This document shows, in pieces, positions 1-12,200 of a stretch of DNA of 64,000 nucleotides (the first letter of the stretch is position 1; the number at the start of each line of letters is the position of its first letter). This DNA is from Octopus vulgaris (Eukaryota): NCBI GenBank assembly GCA_951406725.2, contig OX597817.1, forward strand, positions 160,704,001 to 160,768,000, read 5' to 3'. The translations under genes were made by a program, and so were the position numbers. The notes beneath the pieces are model-generated. The model did no database searches, was not told the DNA's origin, and saw nothing but the letters and a program-made list of their open reading frames with translations.

Positions 1-300
1 TTTGTTGAGCGAAAACACCTAAAGCTCCACGAGGCTCCGGCAGGGGATGGTGGTGATCCCTGCTGTACTCTTTCACCACAACTTTCTCTCACTCTTACTT
101 CCTGTTTCTGTTGTACCTGTATTTCAAAGGGCCGGCCTTGTCACTCTCTGTGTCACGCTGAATATCCCCGAGAACTACGTTAAGGGTACACGTGTCTGTG
201 GAGTGCTCAGCCACTTACACGTCAATTTCACGAGCAGGCTGTTCCGTTGATTCGGATCAACTGGAACCCTCATCGTCGTAACCGACCGAGTGCTTCCTTC
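1..300 (+). mobile_element. tRNA-derived SINE, family A (cut by the window edge)
   Basis: Nearly identical to 21539-21836; both give the same spurious 67-aa ORF. Confidence 0.9.
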
Positions 301-786
301 CCAGTATTCAAATACAACTCGAATACACTAAGTTATCTCCCTTACACGCATTAAGCGTGCCGCGAGAGACCTCATATGGCCTTTTGGCCTGCAAAAAATA
401 ACAGCCAAATCTCTCTTAAATCACAGTGCTTTCTTAAATCACACACTGTTAAAAAAAAAAGCGTGGTAGGGACACATTGAACAATACAGTTTTTTTTTTC
501 TTCTTGAGAACTATGACACAAAAGGCCGGTTTCCATGGGGGTGTCAAGATCACTACAGCCCTTCTGAACCCAGAACCATGTGGTGTGGAAGCAAACTTCT
601 TACCACACATCAACTCCTATTCCTAGCAGATTAACCGTTCAAAAACGCATAAAAAGAACATGAAATCAAGAACCTTCTAAAGCTAATAGAAGGCGGAGAT
701 TACCGGCGTGGAGTTGTGAAATACATCTCTGTCGCGCCCGCTTGGAATGTGTAAGGCGACAAAGAGATTTGGACCAATATATATAT

Positions 787-1011
787 ACTCTCTTTTACTC
801 TTTTACTTGTTTCAGTCATTTGACTGCGGCCATGCTGGAGCACCGCCTTTAGTCGAGCAACTCGACCCCGGGACTTATTCTTTTTTTGTAAGCCTAGTAC
901 TTATTCTATCGGTCTCTTTTGCCGAACCGCTAAGTTACGGGGACGTAAACACACCAGCATCGGTTGTCAAGCAATGCTAGGGGGACAAACACAGACACAC
1001 AAACACACACA

Positions 1012-1110
<99 letters not shown>

Positions 1111-1273
1111 GACAGGCTTCTTTCAGTTTCCGTCTACCAAATCCACTCACAAGGCATTGGTCGACCCGAGGCTATAGCAGAAGACACTTGAGTAAGGTGC
1201 CACGCAGTGGGACTGAACCCGGAACCATGTGGTTCGTAAACAAGCTTCTTACCACACAGCCACTCCTACGCCT
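787..1273 (-). mobile_element. tRNA-derived SINE, family B (CORE-like middle, internal (TA)n/(TG)n, 3' end gactgaaacaagtaaaagag)
   Basis: Reverse complement of the copies at 17701-18068 and 29260-29665; internal (TA)n expanded at 1016-1109. Confidence 0.9.
1016..1109. repeat. (TA)n microsatellite within a SINE
   Basis: Direct observation. Similar tracts at 44608-44672 and 26233-26261. Confidence 0.97.
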
Positions 1274-1902
1274 ATATATATTTTCTTTTCAACAAACTAA
1301 AGAATGTAAATCTTGAAATGAAAATATTCACACACACATACACACGCACGCACGCACATACAAACATACGTACACTACTTGCGCACACGCACCTATACAG
1401 TTATACTTCTGAGTACGTAGCTAAAACCATTTTTTTTCTTTTAAAAGGCTTTTTTATGTCGTTAGGTATTTATACGTATATGTCAATACCCAAATCCATC
1501 ATAATCATCAACTTTTCCGGATTTTCACAGAGAAATGAACCAACGAAATTGGGAACCTTCCACGCAAACGCTCAACGAGAAAAAAAAAAACAACTGTCTT
1601 AAGTTAAACAAACGATACAACAAAAGGTGGCATGGGAGGTAACTCTTTCCAGTAGACTACAGAGTTATGTAACTTTATAGCAGTCTTAAGTAGAAGCTCA
1701 AAGCCGTGATTGAGAGTAAATAAACTTAAATATCAATCCAAATATGATTGAGAAATATTTTAATTTATGACAGACTGCAGTGGAAAGCTTTCTACAGGTT
1801 CAAACAGTTATTAAACATATTCGAACTGGTATTACGTTGGGAATACCTACACAAGGGTGCTACCCTCTGACATCGTTTCCTCGTAACTTTCAGAAGAATA
1901 AA

Positions 1903-2255
1903 TCCCTCTATATATAAAGCTGAAGTTGTCTAGGTTTGGTAACCTTCAATTAACACTATCTCCTCCGAGACCCTGCGGCGCAAGTTGATCAAAATTGAGA
2001 GTATGATAGAAGAAAGCTTGCTCTTCCTTCCGTAGGAAATAAAATTCAAATCGGACCATGTTAACACCAAAAATTATTTACATCAAAAAGGTCCTTTTTT
2101 TCTAAGAAAATCCCTATTTTTTACGATATTTTACGGCTGTGTCGCCATTTTTCGGTGTATTTCAACCAGAAAAATGTTCACCTAAAGAGAATAACAAGCT
2201 ACATAATACAAAATTCCAATTCTAAAGGGTCAAAACAAACTCGAGCAACTGCTAG
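1903..2255 (+). mobile_element. Non-autonomous Helitron-like element
   Basis: Inserted between A and T; 5' TC(cctctatatataaa); 3' CTAG; no TSD. Confidence 0.7.
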
Positions 2256-2504
2256 TATTTTTAAAGGAGATTTTCAATAAATACAATTCAGATGGTGTAG
2301 ATAACGATTATATCGGGACTTAGTGTTTAAAAAGTTGGTAAATGCGCACACGTACATACTGGCACAGAACAGGTATATCTATAAAATGAGACTTGTAATT
2401 TTGAGAAAATTATGTGTGTGCGCGCCCAACGTTTTTGTTTATACATTAAATTCCACGGATATCATAATCTGCACCAACTGAAAGGTATGTAAGGTACCAT
2501 TTAA

Positions 2505-2730
2505 GAAGAGTGCACTCGCGTACTCGCGCTAGCTAGTCGTGACTAGTCGATCCTACAATGACTACCTACCAAAGTAAAAAAATTTTTTAATAAATCATTT
2601 TTTTCACAAAATAGATAATTTTTTTTAAACAAAGTAAATAAAACACAAAAACACAAAGTATGGATCGACTAGTCACGACTAGCTAGCGCGGATGCGTGAG
2701 TACGCGAGTGCACGCATGGGACCACCCTTC
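2505..2730. mobile_element. Palindromic MITE flanked by TTAA (Kolobok-like termini)
   Basis: gtgcactcgcgtactc...gcgctagctagtcgtgactagtcgatcc is mirrored on the right arm; TTAA at 2501-2504 and 2731-2734; GAAG...CTTC ends. Confidence 0.7.
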
Positions 2731-4892
2731 TTAAAGTACCGGTATTTAATCTCTTGTTTCAAACATTAGACTGCGGCCATGCTTAGGCACTGCCTTGAAG
2801 AGTTTAGTGGAACAAATTGACCCCAGTCTTTATGCTTTTCTTTTAAAGTCTGGTACTTATTCTGTCAGTCTCTTTTTGTCGAACTGTTAACTTATGGGAA
2901 CGCAAACAAATGAACACCGGATGTCAAGTGGTGGTGGAAAACAATAACACACATAAAAACACACACAAAGACATATACGTATAAATACCTAACGACTCGG
3001 GACTATGGTAGAAAACACTTGCCCAAGGTGCCAGGCATTGAAACCGAACCTGGAACCATGTAGTTGGAAAGCAATCTTCTTACCACACAGCCTAGAAACT
3101 TTCAGTTTTAAAATGTCCAGTTTTTTTTTCAGTTATGAGGAAACAAAGTCGTTTTGAGTGAATTATCCGATATTCCTCCTCCCCACCCATTCCGAATTTC
3201 TTTTCCACAATAAATTACGATTTAAATCGGATTGTACACCGTCTGAAAGATACATGTAGAAATTTTCATTAAAAAAATATCCATTTTTCTTAAAGTTGTG
3301 AGGTACAAAGTCGTGGGATGGGGACACACTTGTGTTGGTATGCCTTCAGTTTGTAAACTTTATAAAAACTATTCATTAAACTTTATAAAAATAAGTATTG
3401 TCTGGGAAAGTGAGTTGTACGTGAAGAACGTGTCTTCAAACTGAAATATATGCAGCGTGGAAGGTACATCTTAGCCATTCAAAAACTCACTTAGACCACC
3501 TCCACTCAATGGAGGGCTTCTTTTTTCTGTTTTTATGTGTATCTTTCACCAACTTGCATCAACACTGAAAAAGAAAAGAAAAACAATGAATGCTTTTTAC
3601 GAATATCTCGAAAGACTTTACGAATGAAGTCCCTCGAGATATTTATTCTGTACCTAGTTATAGGCACTCCCTTCTCACTCTCGTTGTCGGAAAGGCAGCA
3701 AACTAGAGATTGGCCTTGTGAAGACCCATAACCAACATTACAGTTCAGTAATCATTATATAATTAAGGCGACGAGCTGGCAGAATCGTTAGGACGTCGAG
3801 CAAAATGCTTAGCGGCAATTTGTCCGCCTTTACGTTATGAGTTCAAATGCCGCCGGGGTTGACTTTGCCTTCCATCCTTTCGAAGTCGATGAAATAAGTA
3901 TCAGCTGAACACTGGGGTCGATATGTTCGACTTACCCCGTCCCCTGAAATTACTGGCCGTGTGCCAAAATTTGAAACTTATTAATTATAATAAACGTAAA
4001 TTGGGCGCTGAAATAGCAGAGTGGTTAAAACGCAGAAAAAGAATGCCTTGTGGTATTGGGTACTGAGTTCAAATACCGTTGATGCTAACCTTGTCTTTTC
4101 ATCTTTTCAGGAACGATAAAAAAAAAAAAAAAGGTACCTATCAAGTTCTGAGTTCTTTATTATCGATTAGTTGCCTCTTCTTAAAATTGTCGGTTTTGTA
4201 TCGCAAGTAAAAACAATTATATGAAATATATAAATTTTTAAAAAGGTATTGGACGCTATAGAATTATTTATGTAAATTCTTTGGTAATTTTATTTTTTAT
4301 CATCATTGGATAGCGGTCATGCTGAAGCACAGCATCGAACAAATCAACTCCAGTATTTATTTTTTAAATCTGACATTTATTTTGTTCGGTTTTTTGCCGA
4401 TCTGCTATGTTACGGAGAGGTAAACAAAATAACACCGGTTGTCAAGCGATGGATGGGTGGACACAAACACAAAAACATACACACACAAACATATACGACG
4501 AGTGTTGCGATCAAGGTACCGCGCAATGGAATTGATCCCAACTGCACGTCGTTGCACAGCGAGATCCTTAACTACGTAGCCATGCCTTCTAGATTGAAAA
4601 ACATTTATAAATATTTTTCTTTTACTGAGTTTTCAACTTGAACTGATATCAGATATAAGCTGTATTGAATATTAACTGTTTTGTTTGTTTGTTTTTTCTC
4701 CGTTCCTAATGTTTGATGTAGTTCTTTTCTTTTTCGGAATTTTCTAAGTATGTCGTCTATCTTAGTAACATTCATCACGTATAATAAATCTCTGTCGTCT
4801 ATCTTAGTAACAAAAATTCATCACATAATTTCATAGTTACAAAAATGACCGGTAAAAAATAACATCGGTGACACCGATAGTGTAACACCGTT

Positions 4893-4902
4893 CAAGATGG
4901 CG
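4893..4902 (+). promoter_or_regulatory. YY1-type motif (CAAGATGGCG) overlapping the APOO/APOOL start codon
   Basis: Exact match to the YY1/Pho core AAGATGGCG, which often overlaps the ATG of housekeeping and mitochondrial genes. Binding is inferred. Confidence 0.5.
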
Positions 4903-4908
4903 CGTCAG
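4897..4908 (+). CDS. APOOL: APOO/APOOL exon 1 (MARQ)
   Basis: CAAG ATG GCG CGT CAG | GTTAGT: good Kozak context, phase-0 donor matching exon 2, locally CpG-rich non-repeat DNA. Very short, so assignment rests on context. Confidence 0.7.
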
Positions 4909-7900
4909 GTTAGTTCAAAGTTTGACATTGACATTTTTTATTTCATTTCTCTTATATTTATTTCCCTTTTTGTCTGTGAAAAATATTCGTGTTGACTTAT
5001 TTATGATTTTGATCTTTGATTTACTTTGTTTTCGTATATTTACTGTAGATATAACGTCTGTAGCAAAGCCAGAGTTAAAGCAGACATCGATAAATAGGAC
5101 GGTGTCACATTCATGCATGCAAGGGCATAAGTAACTAAACTAAAAAAAAAAGCCCAAATTGGATATCAAAAACGCGTCTTTGGCTTAATTTACAAAAGTG
5201 TTACGCTATATTATAATCTCTTTATAATGATGGTGGATGATTTTGAAAATTATCAGAAAATCAGACATTCCGTGAGGGGATACGGTCGATTTCTCGTAGC
5301 GTAAATTTAGATGAAACTGACAGTATCGTTACAGTGTCGGACGAAATACTGAGCAGCATTTCTTCTAACTTAACGCTCTGAGTTCAGACACCGCAGGGGT
5401 CGATAAAATAAGTACTAGATGAGCACTGTAATCGATTTACCCCATCACCCGAAATTGCTGGCTCTGTGTCGAAATTCAAAACCCATATTTCGATGAAACT
5501 GGCGAAGGTAAAGAATACGCACACCCAAGGTTTAAGGTTTGGGGTTAGGGTTACGCCAAAAAACGGGTTGTGTGTGCATATTCTTTACTTCCGTCGATGA
5601 AACTTAATATTGTAATTCGTTTAGACCATGGCTTGCCAACCTGAGACCCGCTGGTCGCATGCGGCCCGATTGATATTTTCTTGAAATGGGTTTATTTAAA
5701 CAAACATTTTTAAAATTTTATCAAAAATTAGAGATTGTAATGAAAAGTAAAAAAGAAAGATAGTACTGTTTTTGCAATGATATTTCATGTTGAACCAACG
5801 ATCATTCATTCATTATTGTAATAATAGCATAAGAAAGCAAAATGCTTTCAATTCTGTCAGTATACGAGCAGCCCTCAAAAGACTTTCTGTGATGAAAGTG
5901 GCCTGCAATAAATTCGAGTTGGTCAGGCCTGGTTTAGACCAACTTTTTGGGGGCGGGGAGTAAAATAAAGTAAATTATTTAATAGAAAATCTAATAAAAC
6001 AAAAATATAAAATTGGTGCTGTAGAAAAATGTTTTTATATATCAGTCAGAGCCTTCTTCACAGTGTTATAGGCCTCTGGGAAAAATCAATGTACTGGGTA
6101 CTACATACATAGATCATTATTGGACCCCTATAAGGACCCTGGGTAACTGCCCAGTGTGCCTATGCCTTAAAATAGCACTGATTTCAGTATTAACCCTTTT
6201 GTTGCCATATTTCTGTTGAGATGCTCTGTGTTTGTTTCAATTGATTTTAAATATAACCAAGAATTTAGTAAAATAACTTACTTATCATTAACCCAGTGTT
6301 AGAAACATAAATTGTGAATAAGGTTTGGTGGAAGATTTTACTTAAGAACTTTTGAATATAAGACAGAGGTGGTTTCAGCCAGGTTGGTATCGAAAGGGTT
6401 TAAAGGACTAAACTGTTTGATAATGAAAGTAAATAAATGATTTCTGTATTGTCACAATTATCATCATCGTTTAACATCTGCATTCCATGCTAGCATGGGT
6501 TAGACGATTTGACTGAGGACTGGTGAACCAGATGGCTGCACCAGGCTCCAGTCTGATCTAGCAGAGTTTCTACAGCTGGATGCCCTTCCTAACGCCAACC
6601 ACTCCGAGAGTGTACTGGGTACTTTTACGTGCCACGGGCACGAGGGCCAGTCAGGCAGTACTGGCAATGACCATGCTGAAATGGTATTTTTTACGTGCCA
6701 CCTGCACAGGAGCCAGTCCGGTGGCACTGGCAACAACCTCACTTGAATGTTTTTCACGTGTCACTGGCACAAGTGCAAGTAAGGCGATACTGATAACGAT
6801 CATGATCAAATGATGCTTTTTACGTGCCACCGGCACGGATGCCAGTTAGCCACTCTGGCAATATCTTGCAAAAGAAAAAAGTACAAAATTACCTTATTTT
6901 TATGGTTACACCTGATAATTGGGTTTAATCTTCTTACTAACAATTTGCTTGTTTGTTATTGACAAGAGATTTTTTTTAAAAAAACATTTCAGTAAAAAAG
7001 AAAAAAAAACTTAACATATTCAGTTCTATTATTTAACTGTCAACTGCAATGTGATTGAATAATTTTTCAGTTCAACTAAGCCTCTTGTTATCTTCCAATT
7101 TGACATGTTTAAACAGCAATTTCCTCTAAAATAAGAGAAGTGATTTGATTTTCTCCTCATGGCCAGCAGTAAAATAGGAGAAATTATGTGATTCCTTTCA
7201 ACAACCACTGAAATTACTCAAAGCTAAATCAGTCACCAGATCACTGAAGAGATCTCAGCTGGAAGTTCCCATAAAGACTTGAATGTTTGGATATTTACCT
7301 TTTGACCAACAGATTTAAAAAATAATTTTTTGTAACTAAACACTTTCAAACTTCGTATATTGGCAGAATGTGTCACATAAAACATCTTTTACTCTTGGCG
7401 TTGTTGAGAAAATTCTGTATTTTGGAAGTTGTTTCTTATTAAAGTTGTCATATTTCTGTAATTTCAACTAATCAATGACGTGTATTCAGCTGAATAAAAT
7501 TACTGCCATTGTTTGTCAACAACTTCCGGCAGTGTACATTTCGTTTGTCACTGTTATTTATGACATCGTTCGTGTGTTTGTACTGGTTTTAACTTTAAGG
7601 TTTTAGGGTTAGAGTTATGGAAAAATGAAACACGAACGATTGTGGTGGTGCCATGAAGTAAACATGCTTCAGACACACTCGTTTATTCATACTAACGTAA
7701 CTGAGAGGAAATATGTCATAAATAACAGTGACAAACGAAATATACACTGCCGGAAGTTGTTGACAAACAATGGCAGTAATTTTATTCAGCTGAATACACG
7801 TCATTGATTGGTTGAAATTACCGAAATACGACAACTTTAACAAGAGACAACTTCCAAAATACAGAATTTTCTCAACAACACTAAGAGTAAAAGATGTTTT

Positions 7901-9230
7901 ATGTGACACATTCTGCCAGTACACGAAGTTTGAAAGTATTTAGTTACAATAAATTATTTTAAAATCTGTCAGTCCAAAGGTTAAGATCCGAATGTTTCCA
8001 TTCATAGGAATTTCCTTCGCAGTTGATATCCACCAGTATTCTGTGAGCAAATTTTTCCTTTGATCCTTTCATGGTCCACATCAACTTTTCCCTTTTTGTC
8101 TTCAATGAAAGGCTGACTGTGATTTACAGCATAATTCTGAAAACCCATTATCCTCTCCAAGATTGCCATACACTATCCACCAATCTGACTAAACGATATT
8201 ATCAATCACACTTGTTGACCCCCTTCAGTCACGACTGACTATGGGATTGCACCTAGAAAGTTACCCTCCTAGTCACAAGTCTGGGCAAGGTGGTTTATGG
8301 AAGACCAGCAGTCGCCCATGCATACCGGCCTCCCCTCTCCACGCCACGAGTGTTATCCAAGGGAAAGGCAACGGCCGATACAGCTTGGCACCTGTTACGT
8401 TGCAACTCATTTCTACAGCTGAGTGAACTGGAGCAACGTAAAATAAAGTGTCTTGTTCAAGAACACAACACGCAACCCAGTCTGGGATTCGAGCTCACAA
8501 CCTCACGATCGTAAGCTCGACGCTCTAACCATTGAGCCATGCGCCTTTGCTATCAATCACAACAGTTTGGTAAATTATTGGTTTTAAATTTTGGCACAAG
8601 GCCAGCAATTTCGGGGGTGGGACCAACTCAATTACAACGACCCCAATGCACAACTTGTACTTATTTTATTGACCCCAAAAGGATGAAAGGCAAAGTTGAC
8701 CTCAGCAGAATTTGAACTCATGTTAAGACACTCAATGTTGCTACGCATTTTGTCTGGCGTGCTAATGATTCTGCCAACTCACCACCTTAGTTTGGTAAAT
8801 TATTGACATCAAGTCTTGGTATCCTGCTAATGTACATCACAAAAGTGAGTCACTGTAGATCTGTATCAACTGTTTTATTGGAGCATAAACATTGCAATGC
8901 CTAATATCCCTGGATCAACTGGCTGTGGGCCATAGTTGATACACTGGTGGACAGCACTGGCTTCAAATTCTTGCTCAATTTGACCAATCAGCTGTTGACT
9001 TTCTATAAGTCTTTGATCCCTAAGAAGCATCATTGCACTCCTATTTTAGTACTAATTTGTCCAATACGTGCAGAAGTGGCTGTGTTGTAAGTAGCTTGCT
9101 TACAAACCACATGGTTCCAGGTTCAGTCCCACTGCGTGGCACCTTGGGCAAGTGTCTTCTACTATAGACTCAGACTGACCAAAGCCTTGTGAGTGGATTT
9201 GGTAGACGGAAACTGAAAGAAGCCCGTCGT

Positions 9231-9265
<35 letters not shown>

Positions 9266-12200
9266 TTAGCATCCGTTTTCCATGCTAGCATGGGTTGGAC
9301 GGTTCAACTGGGGTCTGTGAAGCCTGAAGGCTTCATCAGGCCCAGTCAAATCTGGCAGTGTTTCTACGGCTGGATGCCCTTCCTAACGTCGTATATATGT
9401 ATATATATATGTGTGTGTTTGTGTGTCTGTGTTTGTCCACCTAGCATTGCTTGACAACCGATGCTGGTGTGTTTATGTCCCCGTAACTTAGCAGTTCGGC
9501 AAAAGAGACCAATAGAATAAGTACTAGGTTTACAAAGAATAAGTCCTGGGGTCGATTTGCTCAACTAAAGACGGTGTTCCAGCATGGCCGCAGTCAAATG
9601 ACTGAAACAAGTAAAAGTGTAAAGAGAGTACCACTGAAGAGAGATCTTTGGATTGGCTTGTATAGAATGGTCATAAAATTACAAACCCTTGTTTCAAGGC
9701 AAGAGCCTCATTAAACATCGAGTGCAGTGAAGAGAATGATTAACTCTGACCTTTCCCTGAGCTGTCAGCTAAGCTGCAGTTTAGGATGTTACATTTTTGT
9801 TTCTGACTCAGCTAAAGTGCAACACAGATTAAAGCATCCATGACTAACACCCTACAATCGAAGGTTAGCACAGCAGGCCGTCCTGCAAGCCATGAACTCA
9901 CTTCATATGTCAGGTCTTCGCAATCACAGCATATCTCAGAGGTCTCGGTCTTTCGTCATTGTCTCAGCGAGCTGGCAGAAACGTTAGCACGCAGGGCGAA
10001 ATGCATAGCCGTATTTCGTCTGCCGCTACGTTCTGAGTTCAAATTCCACCGAGGTTGACTTTGCCTTTCATCCTTTCAGGGTCGATTAAATAAGTACCAG
10101 TTACACACTGGGGTCGATATAATCGACTTAATCCATTTGTTTGTCCGTGTTTGTCCTCTCTGTGTTTAGCCGTTTGTGGTTAGTAAAGAAATTGGTATCA
10201 CATCTACAATATCCATGATGAAAATAATCCTTTCTGCTTTAGGCATAAGGCCAGAAATTTTGGCAGAGAGGTTTAGCTGATCACATCAACCCCAGAGTTC
10301 AACTGACACTTATTACATCAATCCTGAAAAGGATAAAAGGCAATGAATTAAAAGTATGTATATGCGTGAAATCTGATCCATGCAGTCATAGAAAAACAGA
10401 CGTTAAAATAGTGATGATGATTACTTGTCACCAAGTGACAAATTATAACAGTCGTATTGTTAAGGCGGCGAGTTGGCAGAAACATTAGCATGCTGGGCGA
10501 AATGCTTCGTCTGCCGCTACATTCTGAGTTCAAATTCCGTCAAGGTCAACTTTGCCTTTCATCCTTTCAGGGTCGATTAAATAAGTACCAGTTCCGCACT
10601 GGAGTCGATATAATTGACTTAATCCATTTATCTGTCCTTGTTTGTCCCCTCTGTGTTTAGCCCCTTGTGGGTAGTAAAGAAATAGGTATTTCGTCTGCCG
10701 CTACATTCTGAGTTCAAATTCTGTCAAGATCAACTTTGCCTGTCATCCTTTAGGGGTCGATTAAATAAGTACCAGTTCCGCACTGGAGTCGATGTAATCA
10801 ACTTAATCCGTTTGTCTATCCTTGTTTGTCCCCACTGTGTGTAGCCCCTTGTGGGCAGTAAAGAAATAAGAGTGCAAAGGATAGAATATTGGCTTACAGT
10901 ACACTCACTAATCGTGAGAATACACTCGCCTTACAAATGTATTAGTTTATTTATCTAATCCTTTTGTCAGTATAAAATTGGCTGTTGATAATAGAAAAGT
11001 ACTCTGAAATCTCTGGCCACTGTTTGAATATGTTGAATCTGTGAAGTTATTGATGTTGTTCAATATGGTGTTTTTTTTCTTTTTCTTCTTATTTTTGAAG
11101 GTGTTGAGACTTGGATCAATGGGCTTCCCTGTTTACTTCGCCGCTGTTGGCCCTGAAGAGGCCAAAGATAATATAACAATGACAATAGCTGATGTAAGTA
11201 TGACACGTACTGACCTACCCTACCCCATAAAGCTCAAATGGACCCCATTCCTGTTGAATTAAATGTATCAGGGCTGCTATTACACACATGACACAACATC
11301 TTGGTCTCAAGCATTTGTCTTATGAAGAAAGGCTGAAGACACTCGACCATTACTCTCTCGAAAAACGCTGACGCTGTGGTGATCTCATTCTCGCTCACAA
11401 CATCATAAGCAGAAAGTGTAACCTCTCGAAAGAGCTGTTCTTCACTCCTGCTCCAGAATGTGGGCTGCAGGGTCACTCTGAAAAGCTCTATCTACGACGA
11501 TTTCATCTCAGTCGAAGGAGAGGGGTTTTCTCCGTCCAGGTTGCGGATCTGTGGAATAAGCTACCGGACAAGATGGTGAAGATGCCGACGACCGCTCAGT
11601 TCAAAGTCTCTCTTGACCAGAAATGGCCTGAACTCTTTGTATGACCACCCTCCCTGTACATAACTCCCTGTCCCCCTACATGGCCTTGCTTTTGCTTTTT
11701 GAGCCAATAAAAATTGAATTGAAAAAAAATTAAAAAGCATGGTTTTATGGTTAAGGCATTTGCTTCACAGTTATATGGTTCCAGGTTCAATCTCACTGTG
11801 AGTCTGTGTCTTCTGTCATAGCCTCACATTAACCAATGCACTGTTCATGGAATTTGGTATATGAAAACTGTACTGAACCTTGTTGCTTTGTACACACACA
11901 CATATATCTTCTGTAGCTGTATTGATTGTTTCTGTCCATAATTTTTTGTCCCAAACAGTAGGACTGAACCTAAGGCCACGTGATTTGCAAACAAGCTTCT
12001 TAACCACACAGACATCCCTGCTCATTGTACCTCACCATAATTTCAAGCAGCTCTGCCCCTCATTTCTCTTACCAATCTCTAACTATATACATATATATAT
12101 TTTTTAATAATATATTATTATTAAAATTAGGAAATCAATATCAAAACTCCTCTGAAAGATATACACATGTGAAAAATAATTATTGTATTAAAAATATATA

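Noticed and set aside
47-250. 67-aa ORF duplicated identically at 21585-21788
   Set aside because: Both lie inside copies of SINE family A; identity reflects a young repeat, not a gene.
6061-6180. Possible hAT-like MITE (CAGTG...CACTG)
   Set aside because: Only 5-bp terminal complementarity and no matching TSD.
6620-6860. CRISPR-like repeat-spacer appearance (conserved ~22-nt partly palindromic motif with ~40-nt variable spacers)
   Set aside because: Spacers are homologous to each other and recur in the same order at dispersed loci, the array is part of an RTE 3' UTR, the context is eukaryotic and there are no cas genes. Reported instead as an RNA-structure array.
8470-8547. tRNA-like sequences (also 21454-21530 and 39547-39620)
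   Set aside because: They are SINE heads with A/B boxes, lack a proper acceptor stem, and continue into repeat bodies with TSDs.
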